Source: Mobula hypostoma
Taxonomy: Eukaryota
Length of the DNA: 64,000 nt
Reading direction: 5' to 3'
Assembly (NCBI RefSeq): GCF_963921235.1
Contig: NC_086108.1
Span: 59,460,001-59,524,000, forward strand
Shown here: piece by piece, positions 48,640-61,844 of the stretch
How the letters are laid out: each line of letters begins with the position of its first letter
Position numbering within the stretch: position 1 is the first letter of the stretch
Notes under the pieces: generated by a model
What the model was told of the DNA's origin: nothing
The model's input: the letters and a program-made list of their open reading frames with translations, nothing else
Database searches by the model: none
Program-made: the position numbers and the translations under genes

Positions 48640-50460
48640 CTGACCCAGCATTATTAACACATATGAGGAAACTCTTGGTTTGTTTACCAAAGACCACAAG
48701 CAAGAACAGCCAGGAAATCCAGAAGCCAAATAATCTAAAATGCAAGACATTCTTCTTTTGGAAGCATTATTAGGTGTTAGGAAGATCAGAAAGCAGATCT
48801 ACATACAATAAAAAGAACACATGCTCAAAAGAACATTTAGTGCGGGAAATCCAATGGTAGGCACAATTCACAGTACAATCACGACCACTTAGGACCAAAC
48901 ACTTAAGGAACTACCTCCTGAGAGCCAAGAATAGAGGAAAGATTATAAACGGAAAATAAAGAATCAGTGCTTGCAGAAGGAGTACTTCAAAGACCATCCC
49001 AAACATGACTCTGTCTTTGGTGAAAGCATCCTTAACAAGAATTCACAGCGCACTATCTGGGATGCTCTTTGCACCAAGAAGTCCTCTGTAGTAGATAAAA
49101 TCATTACTGAAGTAGTAAAATAGAGCAGTGAATTACTTCTGGAAATAATTTATGACTCGATATATTTAAAGCAAAGGTTGATATGTTCTTGATTAGTAAG
49201 GGTGTCAAAGCTAATAGGGAAATGGCAGGAGAATGTGGTTGAAAAGGATAATAAATCAGCTATGATGGAAATGGTGGAGCAGACTCAATGGGCTGAATGG
49301 ACTAATTCTGCTCCAACGTCTTATGGTCTTAATTGAGAAAGAAAAGAGCATTTTGGGGATCTCAGAAATGCTAGAAGACCTAGGAGCAGAATTAGCCTAA
49401 TTGACCAATTGAGTCAGCTCCACCATTCCATCATGACTGATTTATCTCTCTCAATCTCATTCTTCTGTCTTTTCCCTGTAACCTTTTACACCCTGACTAA
49501 TCAAGAACCCATCAACCTCCACTTTAAATATACCCAATGACTTTGCCTCTACAGCCATCTGTGGCAATGAATTCCAAAGATTCACTACCTACTGCCTGAA
49601 GAAACTCATCCTCATCTCTGTTCTAAATGGACATCACTCTATTCTGAGGCTGTATCCTCTGGTCCTCGACTCCCCCACTATAGGAAACATTCTCACCACA
49701 TCCACTCATCCACTTTTTCCAGACTGTTCAATATTCAACAGGTTACAATGAGATCGCCCCTCATTTCTCTAAACTCCAGTGAATACATTCTCAGAGCCAT
49801 CAAACACTCCTCACATGTTAATCCTTTCATTCCCAGAATCATTCTCATAAAACTCCTCTTGACTCTCTCCAATGCCAACACATCTTTTCTTAGATAAGAG
49901 GCCTAAAATTGCTCAAGGAACTCCAAGTGTGGTCTGACCAATGCCTTATAAAGCTTCAGTATCACATTCTTGTTTTATCACCATGACTATTTTCAGGAAA
50001 GGAACCCAAGCTTGACTATGGTAGTACAGAAGGGTTTCCCTTCTGAATGATACAGGGAATACATTGCAAGAATCCTCTTCAACACATCCTCTTAATAGCC
50101 AGGAAGCTCCTCTTAGAGCCCAATGCAGTTTTGGTTCAACAAGATGTACCAATAGCATGAGCTTCATGTGTAACAAATTCAGAAACAGGACTGACAATAG
50201 GTGCTCACAAAAGTCTTAACAATCCTGGTCTAAAAGAATTATGGAGACACCTCCTCAAATTTACCTCTTATCAAACATTCATTACCATACTATGTCTACT
50301 TTCCTATAATGTGTAAGCCATGGTCCTGAACCATCATTCTGCCACAAACCTAGCCCTCGGCAAGGGTCAAACAAGCCTGTGCCACTGCACCACCATTCTT
50401 TGTACTCTTTCTTAATGCAAACTACATCTCATTTTCAACAAGTCTCTCTCAGAATAAAGT
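48640..50460 (+). mobile_element. Very old RTE-clade LINE split by CR1 ends (49160-49975)
   Basis: VDKIITEVVK*SSELL (like DGIPAEV.K.GG..L), then TIFRKG, VSLLNDTG, IARILFN, QCSFGSTRCTNSMSF (like QCGFR..R.T.DMIF). Confidence 0.65.
49160..49975. mobile_element. Two CR1 3' ends tail-to-tail (49160-49332 plus, 49372-49975 minus)
   Basis: Both carry the GGGC.GAATGG.CTAATTCTGCTCC tail in opposite orientations. Confidence 0.85.
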
Positions 50461-51130
50461 TCTTCTAAAGGATGAATGGTAAATTGGTCAACCTTTGCCA
50501 TATCTTCTCTAGACTCAAATTGTCCATACCTCTGACATCAAATTTTAGTTTTCATACGAGACTTGTGTATCAGAACTGCAAATCATAATTGATGCCAATG
50601 CATGTGAACAGATGAGGCTTATTCTAATCATCTAGAAAGAAAAAGCTATTGGCCGATATATGTAAGTCCACCACTTCTCTCCTATGGCAATCAAGATTTA
50701 TGGTTTTACTCTGGGGGAAAAAAATGATCGTTTTCTATCTCTGAGCAATTATCTCTCAGTAGTGATGACTGAAGAGAAATTGAAATGTTCAAAGAGAGCA
50801 CAAGTTTGTAGTCTGCCATTCATTTCCAGTGTCCATGCAGTATATGAAGGATGCCCTTCCACTTTTAGTCAGTCATTATCATTGTTACTTTCTGGTTCAT
50901 TCAGTGACAACATTTTCAGCTTACTCTCTGATTTCTCAAGAGTGGACATAATTCAGACAAATTGAACGTTATGGTGCTATAGATGTGGAGGTGGGAATCT
51001 GATTTCTTAACATCAAAGATCTGGAGATCTTGACCCCAAATTTATACAAAATGTGATTCTGGCACTTAAACTGGGACCAGACCCACTGATTTTTCCAATT
51101 AATGCTAATTTATTATGAATAATTTTAGCC

Positions 51131-51346
51131 CACATTTTCACCTTTCCAGTATGATTGGCTGGTCAATGATCAGGCACCTAATAAGTTTTCCCTTCTTTTC
51201 TATAACCCAAAGAAATGGAATCCAATATTATTTCTCCCAGTGCTTCGTCAACTAATTTAGTAGAGAATAAGGATTTAACCTAAGGTCTTCATAATCTACA
51301 TGCATGAATGATTCACCAGATAAACACTGAGCCATCGGGGAACCTC
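51131..51346 (-). mobile_element. LF-SINE-like ancient SINE relic
   Basis: Minus strand CCGATGGCTCAGTG...GAAGACCTTAGGTTAAATCC...TAAATTAGTTGA...CCTGATCATTGACCAG...CTGGAAAG follows the recalled LF-SINE block order. Confidence 0.55.
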
Positions 51347-53338
51347 AAGATATTATTACATCAAGGGTTGGTTCATTTTATGTTGTGAAAAATAATAATA
51401 TTTACCGAGAAAATACGAAGACAGGAAAAAGAATGTAATAATAAAATGCTTTGGCATTTTTAACTTTCCCAATATGAGCTTGTCTGTTCCAGACAGTGTC
51501 TGTCTAATTTTATGTTGTGAATACTTTCAAAAATACAGATTATTTATTTATAAGTCCAGAAAGCCAAGACGATCCAATAAGGAATAATATTAATGCACTT
51601 TTCAAGCCTGATCAGTTGTAAATGTTGACAAGTGAATATGCTTAAAATGGTACAATGCAGATCTTTTCAAAGTCTCTGCAAGTCAGTTCCAAAACCTCTT
51701 GTTTTCTTGATATATTTCTGATATATCTGCTTTATAAAAGCACATCAGCATAAGTCCACAGAGACCTTTAGCTTGTCAAGATTGATTTTGTGGAAGTAGC
51801 AAAATGCTTGGTTCAGAAAGGAGAAACAACCAATTCAACAGAACACTCTGTATCTTTGCAGATTAGGAGTGCATTCAACTGTTTCATATGTATAAAATAA
51901 ACAGATGCTACAGCCTTTTATGTTATTAAAATTCTTCATTAACTCAGTCTCAATTCGCCACTATAGGACATCACATCAGGGTTAGAGAAGAAGGATTTGA
52001 TCTCATTAACGTGCCATCAGCTTTTGGCATTTATTGTGTTTATGATTGGATTTATGATGGATTTAACATGTACTGCACACACAGCATCCAGTTTAGCTTA
52101 TTATGAATATTATCTTCAAGAAATCCAAATGGTAACATATAATTATGTCTATGGCTGAAGAATATTTATCATTAGCTCAGAGAGAATCTCTGTCGCTTCT
52201 TCCCATAACTGGGTAAGTAAAGGCTAAACTAAGACATGGTGTCCCTTTACATTCAAGGTAAGATGTCTGGATGCTGGCGAGTTATATGGTTTCTGTGAAA
52301 TAGGTATCTAGTTTACTTCAGGTGACCAAAGCATCAAAAAGCCAAATTAAAGCTTATGAATATCCACTACTATAATGCTAACAGGTGAGAGTCGAATAGA
52401 ATCTTGGAGTGGTGAATTGCTTATGCAGGCAGAATTCTGAGAATGTAGAGCCTTTAGCTTTCTTTTCCCCCATGTTATTTATCCATCATGTGCTCCAAGG
52501 TCTTGTGGGATTGGCCTTTAAAAATTGCTGTCCCATTTATGGCATCAGTGACTTTCCAGAATCTTCTATATAAAGTAAGTCAGGTGTTCTGCTCAGATCA
52601 GTCATAACGTAGAGCACATTACCATTCCAAAAATCTGATAGTCCTTAAAAAATCATTTGACTTCATAATTTCATCATCTTAATTCTTATCTCTAGTATCC
52701 TTTTTGCAGAAAGCTATGATACAAAGCACATAGTATAAATTTTGTGTTTGGATAAAATATCGTACTTTGAAAACACTGGGAATTCTGTACTTGATCCAAA
52801 TGCAGTTTAACTCATCAAGCTGTGCCAATCAACGTTGTTGATGTTATTTTCCTGGCAAGGAGGGCTTCATATGTTACTCTTTTCCTTCTGTCAGATCTAG
52901 TTACAGAGCTTGATTTTGTTATGCCAGCCAATGTGCCATTTCTCATAATAATTCTGTTTATCACACTTTAAAGTAGATGTTCATCGTTGCCTGGGTGACA
53001 ATTGAGGGAACAGATCAGCTGTACTTTATAGAGCTGGTTGATTTTGATTTTGCTGAAAGAATGGGATTGAAAAATGCACCTGTTCTCTAAAGGGTGTGAA
53101 ATCAGCACCAGCAGATTAACACTGATGTTAATTGTGAAAATCTATTCTCTGAAATTTCTATCTGATTTAGATTTTTAGATTCAGGAACAAATAGCCTATC
53201 AGGCAAGGAGTAGATTAGAAGGTTAGAAGTCAGATTTATACTAAATCCACTCAGTAGGAATCAGCAAGGTGACCATTCAGATTACATTTCCCTACTACCT
53301 AGTTCTTGCCAGAAACATTCTTTCACCCATAATGTAAC

Positions 53339-53835
53339 TCAATAGGTTCAATAGGTACATTTAATGTCAGTGAAATGTATACAATATACATCCTGAAATT
53401 CTTTTTTCTTCGCAAACATCCACAAAAACGGAGGAGTGCCCCAAAGAATGAATGACAGTTAAATGTTAGAACCTCAAAGCCCCCTAGCTCCCCCCACCCA
53501 CACACAAGCAGCAGCAAAGCAATGATGCCCCCCTCCCGCACTAGCAGAAAAAAGCATTGGTGTCCTCCACCGTGCACGTAAGTGTGTAGAAAAGCATCAA
53601 TAAAGGCACAGACTTGCACTACCCCAGGTACTACTCGTTCACCCGGTATTCGACATACCACAGGCTCGCTCGCTCATCCTAATAAGGGAAAAAGAGGTGT
53701 CCCCGTTTCACAGCGAAAGGGGAGACATAACAAACAAATCACTTATTTACATTGTTAAAAGTCGGTTGTGTTGCTTTTTCCGAGCTCTGTGCCCAGAGCT
53801 CCAGGGCTCCGGTCTTTGGACATACAGCCCAGAGA
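53339..53835 (-). mobile_element. Non-LTR element 3' UTR with short tandem tail
   Basis: Minus strand ends CATTAAATGTA(CCTATTGAA)2. Relatively CpG-rich and non-coding. Confidence 0.55.
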
Positions 53836-53877
53836 AGACGTGACATTATACAGCAACAGTCAGCATTGGATTGAATT

Positions 53878-56800
53878 TATAACACCATAAGACCATAAGA
53901 TATAGGAGCAGAATTAGTCCATTTGCTCCACCAAGACTGCCCCGCCATTTCCTCATGGCTGATCCAATTTTCCTCTCAGCCCCAAGCTCCTGTCGTCCCC
54001 CTGTATCCCTTCATTCCCTGATTCCAATATCCAACAACCTGTGTCTTAAATATACTGAACATAAAGATTTGGCCTCCACAGCTGCCTGTGTCAAAGAATT
54101 CCACAGATTCACCACTCTCTGGCTGAAGAAATTCCTCCTTGTCTCTGTTCTAAAAGGGAGCCCTTCTATTCTGAGATTGTGTCCTCTGGTCATAGATTCT
54201 CCTACTAGAGGAAACATCCTCTCTACATCCATTCTATTAAGGCCCTTCATGATTCAATAGGCTTCAATGAAGACACCCCTCTGTTTCTGATTTCCAGAGC
54301 CATCAAACGCATTTCAAATGACAAGTCATTCAATCTTGGAATCATTTTCGTTAACCTCCTTTGAACTGCCTCCAGTTTCAGCACATCTTTTCTAAGATAA
54401 GGGGCCAAAAACTGCTCACAGTACTCCAAGTGAGGCCTCATCAGTACTTTATAAAGTCTCAGCACAACGTTCTTGCTTTCATATTCTAGTCTTCTTGAAA
54501 TGAATGCTAACAACCCATTTGCCTTCCTCATCACAGACTCAACCTGCAAACTAACCTTAAGGGAATCCCGCATAAGGACTCCCAAGTAGCTTTTCACTAC
54601 AGTTTTTTGTATTTTCTCTCCATTTAGAAATTAATCAACTCTATCATTTCTTCTATCAAAGTGCATGACCAAACACTTTCAGACAATGTATTCCACCTGT
54701 CATTTCTTTGCCCATTCTCCTAATGTCTACAAGTCCCTCTGTAGACTCACTGCTTCCTCAACACTACGTGCCCCTCCATCCATCTTCATACCATCTGCAA
54801 ACTTTGCCACAAAGCCATCAATTCCATCATCCAAATCATTGACATATAACATAAAAATAATTGGTTCCAATACAGATCCCTGTGGAACACCACTATTCAT
54901 TGGCAGCCAGGCAAGAAAGGTTCCCTTTATTCCCACTCTTTGCCTCCTGCCAATCAGCCACTGCTTTATCCATGTCAGAATCTTTCCTGTACACTATGGG
55001 CTCATAGTTTGTTAAGCAGCCTCATGTGCAGCACCAGTGAAAGGCCTTCTAAAAATCCAAGTACATAACATCAACTGATTCTCCTTTGTTTATATTGCTT
55101 GTTAGTTCTTCAAAGAATTCTAACAGATAGGTCAGGCAAGATTTTCCCTTGAGGAAACCATGCTGACTACGGCCTATTTATGATGTGCCTCCAAGTATCC
55201 TGAGACCTCATCCTTAATAATCAACTCCAACATCTTCCCAAACAGTGAGGACAGACTAACTGGCCCATAGTTTCCTTTCTCCTGCCTCTCTTCCTGCTTG
55301 AAGAGTGGAGTGACATTTGCAATTTTGCAGTCTTCCAGAACCATTCCAGAATCTAGTGATCTTTGAAAGAACATTACTAATGCCTGCATGATCTCTTCAG
55401 CCACCTCTTTCAGAACACTGGGCTGTTCACCATCTGGTCCAAGTAACTTATCTAACTTCAGACATTTCAGTTTCCCCAAGTACCTACTCTCTTGCTATGT
55501 TAACTTCACACACTTTATGACCCCTGATCATTGGAACTTCCATCATCCTGCTTGTGTCTTCCACAGTGAAGTCTGATGCAAAATATCTGTTTGGTTCATC
55601 ACCATTTTATTGTCCCTAATTACTACCTCTCCAGCATCATTTTTCAAAGGTCCGATATACACTCTCAACTTTCTTTTACAGTTTATGTATTTGAAGAAAC
55701 TTTTGGTATCCTCTTTAATATTATTAGCTAGCTTTACATTTGTATTGCATCTTTACCTTCTCAATTACATTTTTTTCTGTTGGTTTTTAAAAGCTTCCCA
55801 GTCTTCTAAATTGCTCTATTATATGTCCTCTCTTTGGCTTTTATGTTGCTTTGACATCTCTTGTCAGGCATGGTTGAATCATCTTTCCTGTAGAATACTT
55901 CCTCTTTCGGATGTATATATCCTGTGCCTTTTGAGTTGCTTCCAGAAATTCCAGTCATTACTGATCTGCCATCATCCCTGCCTGCGTTCTTTTCCAATCA
56001 ATTCTGGCTAAATCCTTTCTCTTGCCTCTGTAATTTCTTTTACTCAACTGTAATACTGATACACCCGAATTCAGCTTCTCTTTCTCAAATTTCAGGGTGA
56101 ATTCGATCATATTATGATCACTTGTCCCAAAGGGTTCTTTTACCTTAAACTCTCTAATCAGTTCTGGTTCATTGCACAAAACCCAGTCCAGAATAGCTGA
56201 TCCCCTAGTGGGCTCAACCACGAGCTGCCCTAAAAAAAGCCATCTTGTAGGCACTCTAGAAGACCCCCCCTCCTGGAATCCAGCACTAACCTAATTTTTC
56301 CAATCTACCTGCCTATTGAAATCCCCCATGACTATTGTAACATTGCCCTTTTGGCATGCAGTTTCTATCTCCCATTGTAATTTGTAGGCCACATTCTTAC
56401 TGCTGTCTGGGGATCTGTAACCCCCATCAGGGTCCTTTTACCCTTGCAGTTCCTTAGCTCTATCCATAATGAATCAGCACCTTCCAACTCTATGTCACCT
56501 CTTTCTAATGATTTAATTTCATTTTTCACCAACAGAGCAATGCTGCCCCCACCACCTTCCTACCTGTCCTGTCAAGATAATGTTTATCCTTGGACATTAA
56601 GCTCCCAGCTATAATCTTCTTTCATCCATGATTCAAGGATGCCTACAATACCATATGTGCCCATCTGCAACTGTGCTGCAACTTCATCTCCTTTATTCCA
56701 TATACTGTACTGCGCACATTCAAATATTACACCTTCAGTCCTGTATTCACCCTTTTTGATTTTGTCTGCCTGTTACAGAAACTCATCCTGCTAACTGCAG

Positions 56801-58290
56801 TTTTGCCCTATTAAGAGCCTCTCCTCACTACATATTGAATCTGTTTGTAAACCAGCTACCACATCTTCAGCGCTATTTTCTGTCTACCCTACGATTCTTT
56901 TTGCATTGAAATATAGGCAGCTCAGGACACCAGTCGCACCATGTTCAACCTTTTGATTCCTAACTTTGTCTGTGGTCTTACCAACTTCTGCCTCCAGAAC
57001 CTCTCCACAAACTATTCTGGCACTCTGGTTCTCATCCCCCTGCAACTCTGGTTTATATCTCACTGTGCAGTATTAACAAACCTTAGATCCCCCTCCAATT
57101 CAGGTGTAAACTGTCCCGCCCGTACAGGTCCCACCTTCCCTGGAAGAGAGACCAAGATTCCAAGAATCATATGCCTCCCTCCCACAGCAACTCCTTAGCC
57201 CCATATTGAACTGCACATCTTCCTAGTTCTAGACTCACTAGCACATAGCATGGGTAGTAAACCAGAAATCACGACCCTGGAGGTCCTGCCCTTAACTTAG
57301 CACCTAACTTCCTGAACTCCCTATGCAGAACCTCATCGCTTATCCTACCCATTTCATTGGTACCTCTGTGGACCACAGCTTCTGGCTGCTCATTCTCCTA
57401 CTTGAGAATGCTGAGGATTCGATCTCAGGGGGCACCCAGGAGGCAAAACCATCTGAAAATCTCGTTCTCACCCACAGAACCTCCTGTCCACTCCCCTAAC
57501 TAATGAATCCCTGATTGCCACAGCATGCCTCTTCCCTCTTCCCTTCTGAGTCACAGAGGCAGACTCAGTGCCAGAGACCCGACCACTGTGACTTTCTTTT
57601 GTTAGGTCAGCTCCCCCCAACAGTATCCAAAGTGATATACCTATTGTTGAGGGGTTGGCCACAGGAGTACTCTGCACTGCCTCCTTAACTTCTTTCCCCT
57701 TCCTGACAGTCACCCAGTCTCCTGTGACTTGCACGTTGGGTGCATCTTCCATTCTATATGTCCTATCTCCCACCCCCTCAGTCTCCCAATTGAACTGGAG
57801 TTCATCCACTTCCAGCTCTAACTCCTTAACGCATAGTGTTAGAAGCTGTAGCTAGATGCACTTCTCACAGTTGTAGTCATCAGGGAAACTGGAGGTCTCC
57901 CTGCCTTCTGACATCCTACAAGAGGAGCATTCCAGTATCTTGCCTGGCATCTCTACTGTCTTAGCTGAGCAGATGTAAAGAAGCAAATGGAAAAATAGAA
58001 TTACCAAGAGCTTTTCTTTGCTTTCTCTGAGTGAATCCTTGAAGAGCCAAAGCCTAAGATCACCACTCTGATGACAGCCACTGTACTTTCCCCTGTCTTC
58101 CGTTAATTTGCTCTTGCTTATCAATCCCAAATATTGATTGGTCACTGGTCAAAGCTCTGTTTTACTGTAGTGAGTCGCTGCTGCCATTTGTACTCAAGCA
58201 GTGGACCTGATTGAAGACCCCTCCTCTCAAAACTTCCGATGTCCAGATTGACCACTGGTCAATGCTCTTCAAATCTGCACAGCACCAACA
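53878..58290 (-). mobile_element. Near full-length decayed CR1 LINE (5' UTR, ORF1 zinc finger and SGNH esterase, ORF2 APE plus RT, tail)
   Basis: ECSSCRM...YNCEKC, WVTVRKGK, AIRDSLVRGVDRRFCG, EPTRGSAILDWVL, TSDHN, ANVTPLFK, GVPQGSVL, KFADG, RPHLEYC and (CTTATGGT)n tail. Confidence 0.95.
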
Positions 58291-58494
58291 ACCTACTCTT
58301 TCTATTCACTTCAAGAGCACTGACAGCATCTTCATCAGGACCAAATCCATGTGAAACCAGCTTGACAGTGGGTCCAAGTACAAAATGCTTATGGTTAAAT
58401 GCAAAAATCTGTAAGTGGGGAAAGGCTTTGGCTAGATAAGAGTAACATGAAACTAGCACCATTGTTGTCACAATCAAGATAATATTTATAGGTA

Positions 58495-58592
58495 ACACAC
58501 ACAAAATATTGTAGCAGCTCAACAGGTCAGGCAGCATCTATGACGAGGATAACCAGTCAATGTTTAAGGCCTGAACCTTCATCAGGATCCTT
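58495..58592 (-). mobile_element. Penelope terminal unit with decayed hammerhead
   Basis: Minus strand GGATC-CTGATGA-AGGTTCAGGCCT-TAAA-CATTGACTG, with GAAA mutated. Confidence 0.7.
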
Positions 58593-58717
58593 CATACTTA
58601 TAAATTATGTTCTGCAGCTGATATTAAAAGCACCTTTGCTAGCAAGGCTACACCAAAGTTGTCACTGCCTTCTTGCCTAAGCTAGATGCATGGTCAAAAG
58701 TGAACGGGTGATTCATA

Positions 58718-59272
58718 CACTCAGTGGCCACTTTATTAGATAAAGCTGTTCACCTGCTCATTAATGCAAATATCTAATCAGCCAATCATGTGGCAACAAC
58801 TCAATACATACGAGCATACTGACTTGGTCAAGAGATTGAGTTGTTATTCAGGCCAAATATCAGAAAGGAGAAGATATGTGATTTAAGTGACTTTGACGAC
58901 GGAACAATTGCCGGTGCTAGATGGTGTGGTTTGACTATATCAAAAACTGCCCGTTTCCTGGGATTTTTATGCACAACGGTCTCTAGAGTTTATAGAGAAT
59001 TGCTTGGAAAACAAAAACCATCCAGTAAGTGGCAGTTCTTTGGGCAAAAGTTCCTTGTTAATAGAGAGGTCAGTGGAGAATGGCCAGATTGGTCCAAGCT
59101 GTCAGGAAGATGACGATAATTCACATAACATTGCTGTGAAGAAAAGCATCTCTGAACACATAACACATCAACTCTTGAAGCGGATGGGCTAGAGCAGCAG
59201 AATACCATGAACATAGGCACAGTTGCTACTTTATTAGGCACAGGAGGTGTCTAGTAAATTGGCCACTGAGTG
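58718..59272 (+). mobile_element. Tc1-family non-autonomous transposon with N-terminal transposase remnant
   Basis: TA|CACTCAGTGGCCACTTTATTAG ... CTAGTAAATTGGCCACTGAGTG|TA. Peptide DLSDFDDGTIAGARWCGLTISKTARFLGFLCTTVSRVYRE is a Tc1 HTH. Confidence 0.93.
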
Positions 59273-59654
59273 TATATTTTAACAATTCAGCAGCTTCTAT
59301 AAGGAGATGTTAACCAGCTGAGTGCCATGAGTTTTGCTCATCTCTCAAACTGAATAAAGATTATTTATATTTAAATATAAGAACATAAAAACACAATGAA
59401 TAGAGGAAGAGTAGGTTATTTGTTCTACTATTCATCAGGATAATGATGAATCTTCTACCAGCCCCAGTTTGTTGAAAGATGAAATGGAGTGCAACAACAT
59501 GGATACTTCATGGCTACATACAGAGCCTCAGCTCAAGAAACATTCAGTCAGTACTTTGTAAGGATGAACATACTCTTTATAATGTTCTATCTTCTGGAGG
59601 TTGAAAGAGCAACAGTGCCAAGCCGGTGAATAAGGCAACATGCCTGATGAAGTG

Positions 59655-59760
59655 ACACACACAAAATGGTGGAGGAACTCAGCGGGCCAGGCAGAATCTA
59701 AGGAAATGAATAAACAATCGCCGTTTCAGTCTGAGACCCTTCTTCAGGTTCCCTGATGGA
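59655..59760 (-). mobile_element. Penelope terminal unit with hammerhead core
   Basis: Minus strand CTGAAGA-AGGGTCTCAGACT-GAAA-CGGCGATTG. The cleavage triplet is altered to GGC. Confidence 0.72.
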
Positions 59761-60737
59761 GTTTTGTTTGAAGAAGCTTTGCAGAAACTGAAATATCACT
59801 TTCATCCAAAACTATTAGAAAGAGCTAAAAGCTTTAAGTTCAGATATGGAGTTGGAACCAATTGGGTCAATTTGTAAACACCTTGTTTCATTTGTATTTG
59901 TACCTTTTTAGGTCATACCTTATGCAAAAGGTTTGTGCGTGGACTGGGAAGTCAAAGCATTTGAACACTCAAAACCTGACATTTGAATTTGCACATAACA
60001 TTGTTTTGTCAAAAGAAAGAACATTGAGCAATGCTAGAAAGGTCCGTCCACTGTACTAACTGAAATAGCTGGAGTACATGGTCTGAGAGCCAAAGAAACT
60101 CCAAGGCTCTGAAAGGTACCAGTGAGACCATTTCACACAGTGGCTATTGTTACAATGATCATCATTCACTTTAGCTGTGTCAGTTTAAAACAGTCAAGAG
60201 CTTCAATTGCTAAAAGGAAGACCATTTTCAGCAGCCTGCAGATCCAAAGCAGCAAAAGCAATTTCAGTGGCAATTTGAAATGACAACGGAAAAGCAGCTT
60301 CATAGTTTGCAAGTTCATTCAGCTAATGAGTAACTTGGATTTTACATTTATGCCCCAAGCAATAATGAAAACAAAATAAGCAGATTTTTGAGTAAAGGTG
60401 TTAATGAACAACATGCAGATTGATTCTGCCACAGGCTGTTCCACAAGTCTGAGAACACCATGTGAATTTCAGCCATATAGCATAGACTGAAGGCACCAGT
60501 GAATCATACTTCATTTCAGTGATGATTTACTGACATTAGGGCAAATGAAGAATATAGTGCAAGACAAGTGGGCACCAAGTACATCTTCCCATTATTGCAG
60601 CACACCAAGATAGCAGGACAACTTTAATGAGGAGAAACAAATTACTGGAAGAACAGAGCAGGTTAAGTAGCATTTGTGGAGTTACAGTGCTAGTCATTGT
60701 TATGGGTATGGCCTTGCACTAGACTGAGAGTTTAGAG

Positions 60738-60804
60738 CAGGGGTCCCAACAGTTCTCTTAGTTAATGATAGGAGACTATGGCATAAAAAAGTTTGGAACT
60801 CCTG
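60738..60804. mobile_element. 67-bp hAT MITE
   Basis: CAGGGGTCCCAAC...GTTTGGAACTCCTG with 8-bp TSD GTTTAGAG / GTATAGAG. Confidence 0.75.
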
Positions 60805-61124
60805 GTATAGAGAGATGATAGCTAGTATAAAGAGAAGTGAGGCAGGGGCTGGTAGGTCATAGGTAGAATTGGGTAAGGTTGGGGATGATGGACAAATGGA
60901 GCCGGGTGAAGCAAGGTGCAAACAGATAAGTATAATATGGAACCAGATGGGGTAAATGATAAGGAGAGTAGGCCTAGGAAGGAGAATCTCTAGTAGACAG
61001 TTGCATGGAAGATGGGCAGGGGAAATGGGGAAGGTAATCAAAAGGAAAGAGAACCTAGGTGAACGTAGAAGTGGAAAAGGAACACAGAGGGTGTGTGTTA
61101 ACAGAAGGTGATAACGGGAATAAT

Positions 61125-61541
61125 CATCGTGGCTATCCCTCAAAGCCAAAGATGATGGTCTTCATTCTGAAGAAGTGGCCCACAGAGTGAAGATGCCTGT
61201 GCATGTATTTGTTTAACATGTACTTGATGTTGCACTCCAAGAAGCACACGATACTTCACAAATCAACCAACTGATTCCAATGGCATGGAAACCACGACGA
61301 TTGGAGCTGATGGATTTGTTGCAGCCTTCATCCGCCTTCACAGCCGCTGACTTCAAAGTAACTTTGTCCACCTGTTCCACCGTTGAGGTCTTGGTTGGAT
61401 TGTTCTTTGTCAGGGTCCTCACCCTCGACCTTACCGCCATGGGTGACCCTACCAGGAGCATAGCTCCAGATGGCATTGCTGTCGGGATTGCAGGACCACA
61501 CAAGCTTCTCCACCATGACAAGGTGACAATCCACGGAGAAG
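61125..61541 (-). mobile_element. Complete bipartite RTE-derived non-autonomous retroelement
   Basis: Head GTCACCTTGTCATGGTGGAG...GCTATGCTCCTGGTAGGGTCACCCATGGC (Rex3/Expander-type 5' UTR), end CATCATCTTTGGCTTTGAGGGATAGCCACGATG, TSD AA(C/T)GGGAATAAT at 61113-61124 and 61542-61553. Confidence 0.82.
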
Positions 61542-61844
61542 AATGGGAATAATGGAGAGCTAGGAGAGGGATAGAAGTGTCAGAAATGGCTCAGAAGTGG
61601 TCAAAGTGATTAAAGTGATAGGATCTGCACAGGTGCGGGAAGCAGTACCAATGTACTCATCAATGTAACAGGGAAAGAACTAGACAGTCATACTAGGGAA
61701 GGGTAGGAACAAGGACAGTTCATGTCCATTTATTGTAAAAGAGATGAGTGTATTGCTACACCATTGTGTATATGTGTATATGACTACACAATGGTATTTG
61801 GAAATGTATGCAAGAAAGTTTACTTGAATAATGCTTGGTCAACA

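Larger units (their letters stand above)
60630..61710 (-). mobile_element. Old Penelope-like remnant hosting a hAT MITE and an RTE-SINE
   Basis: CTGGAAGAAC..AGCAGGTTAAGTAGCATTTGTGG terminus, purine-rich UTR and YID.YIG.AS-like relic near 61640-61670. Confidence 0.55.

Noticed and set aside
59439..59557. Open exon-like segment DNDESSTSPSLLKDEME...
   Set aside because: The acceptor and first codons derive from an antisense CR1 tail relic, and the donor TT|GTAAGG is weak.
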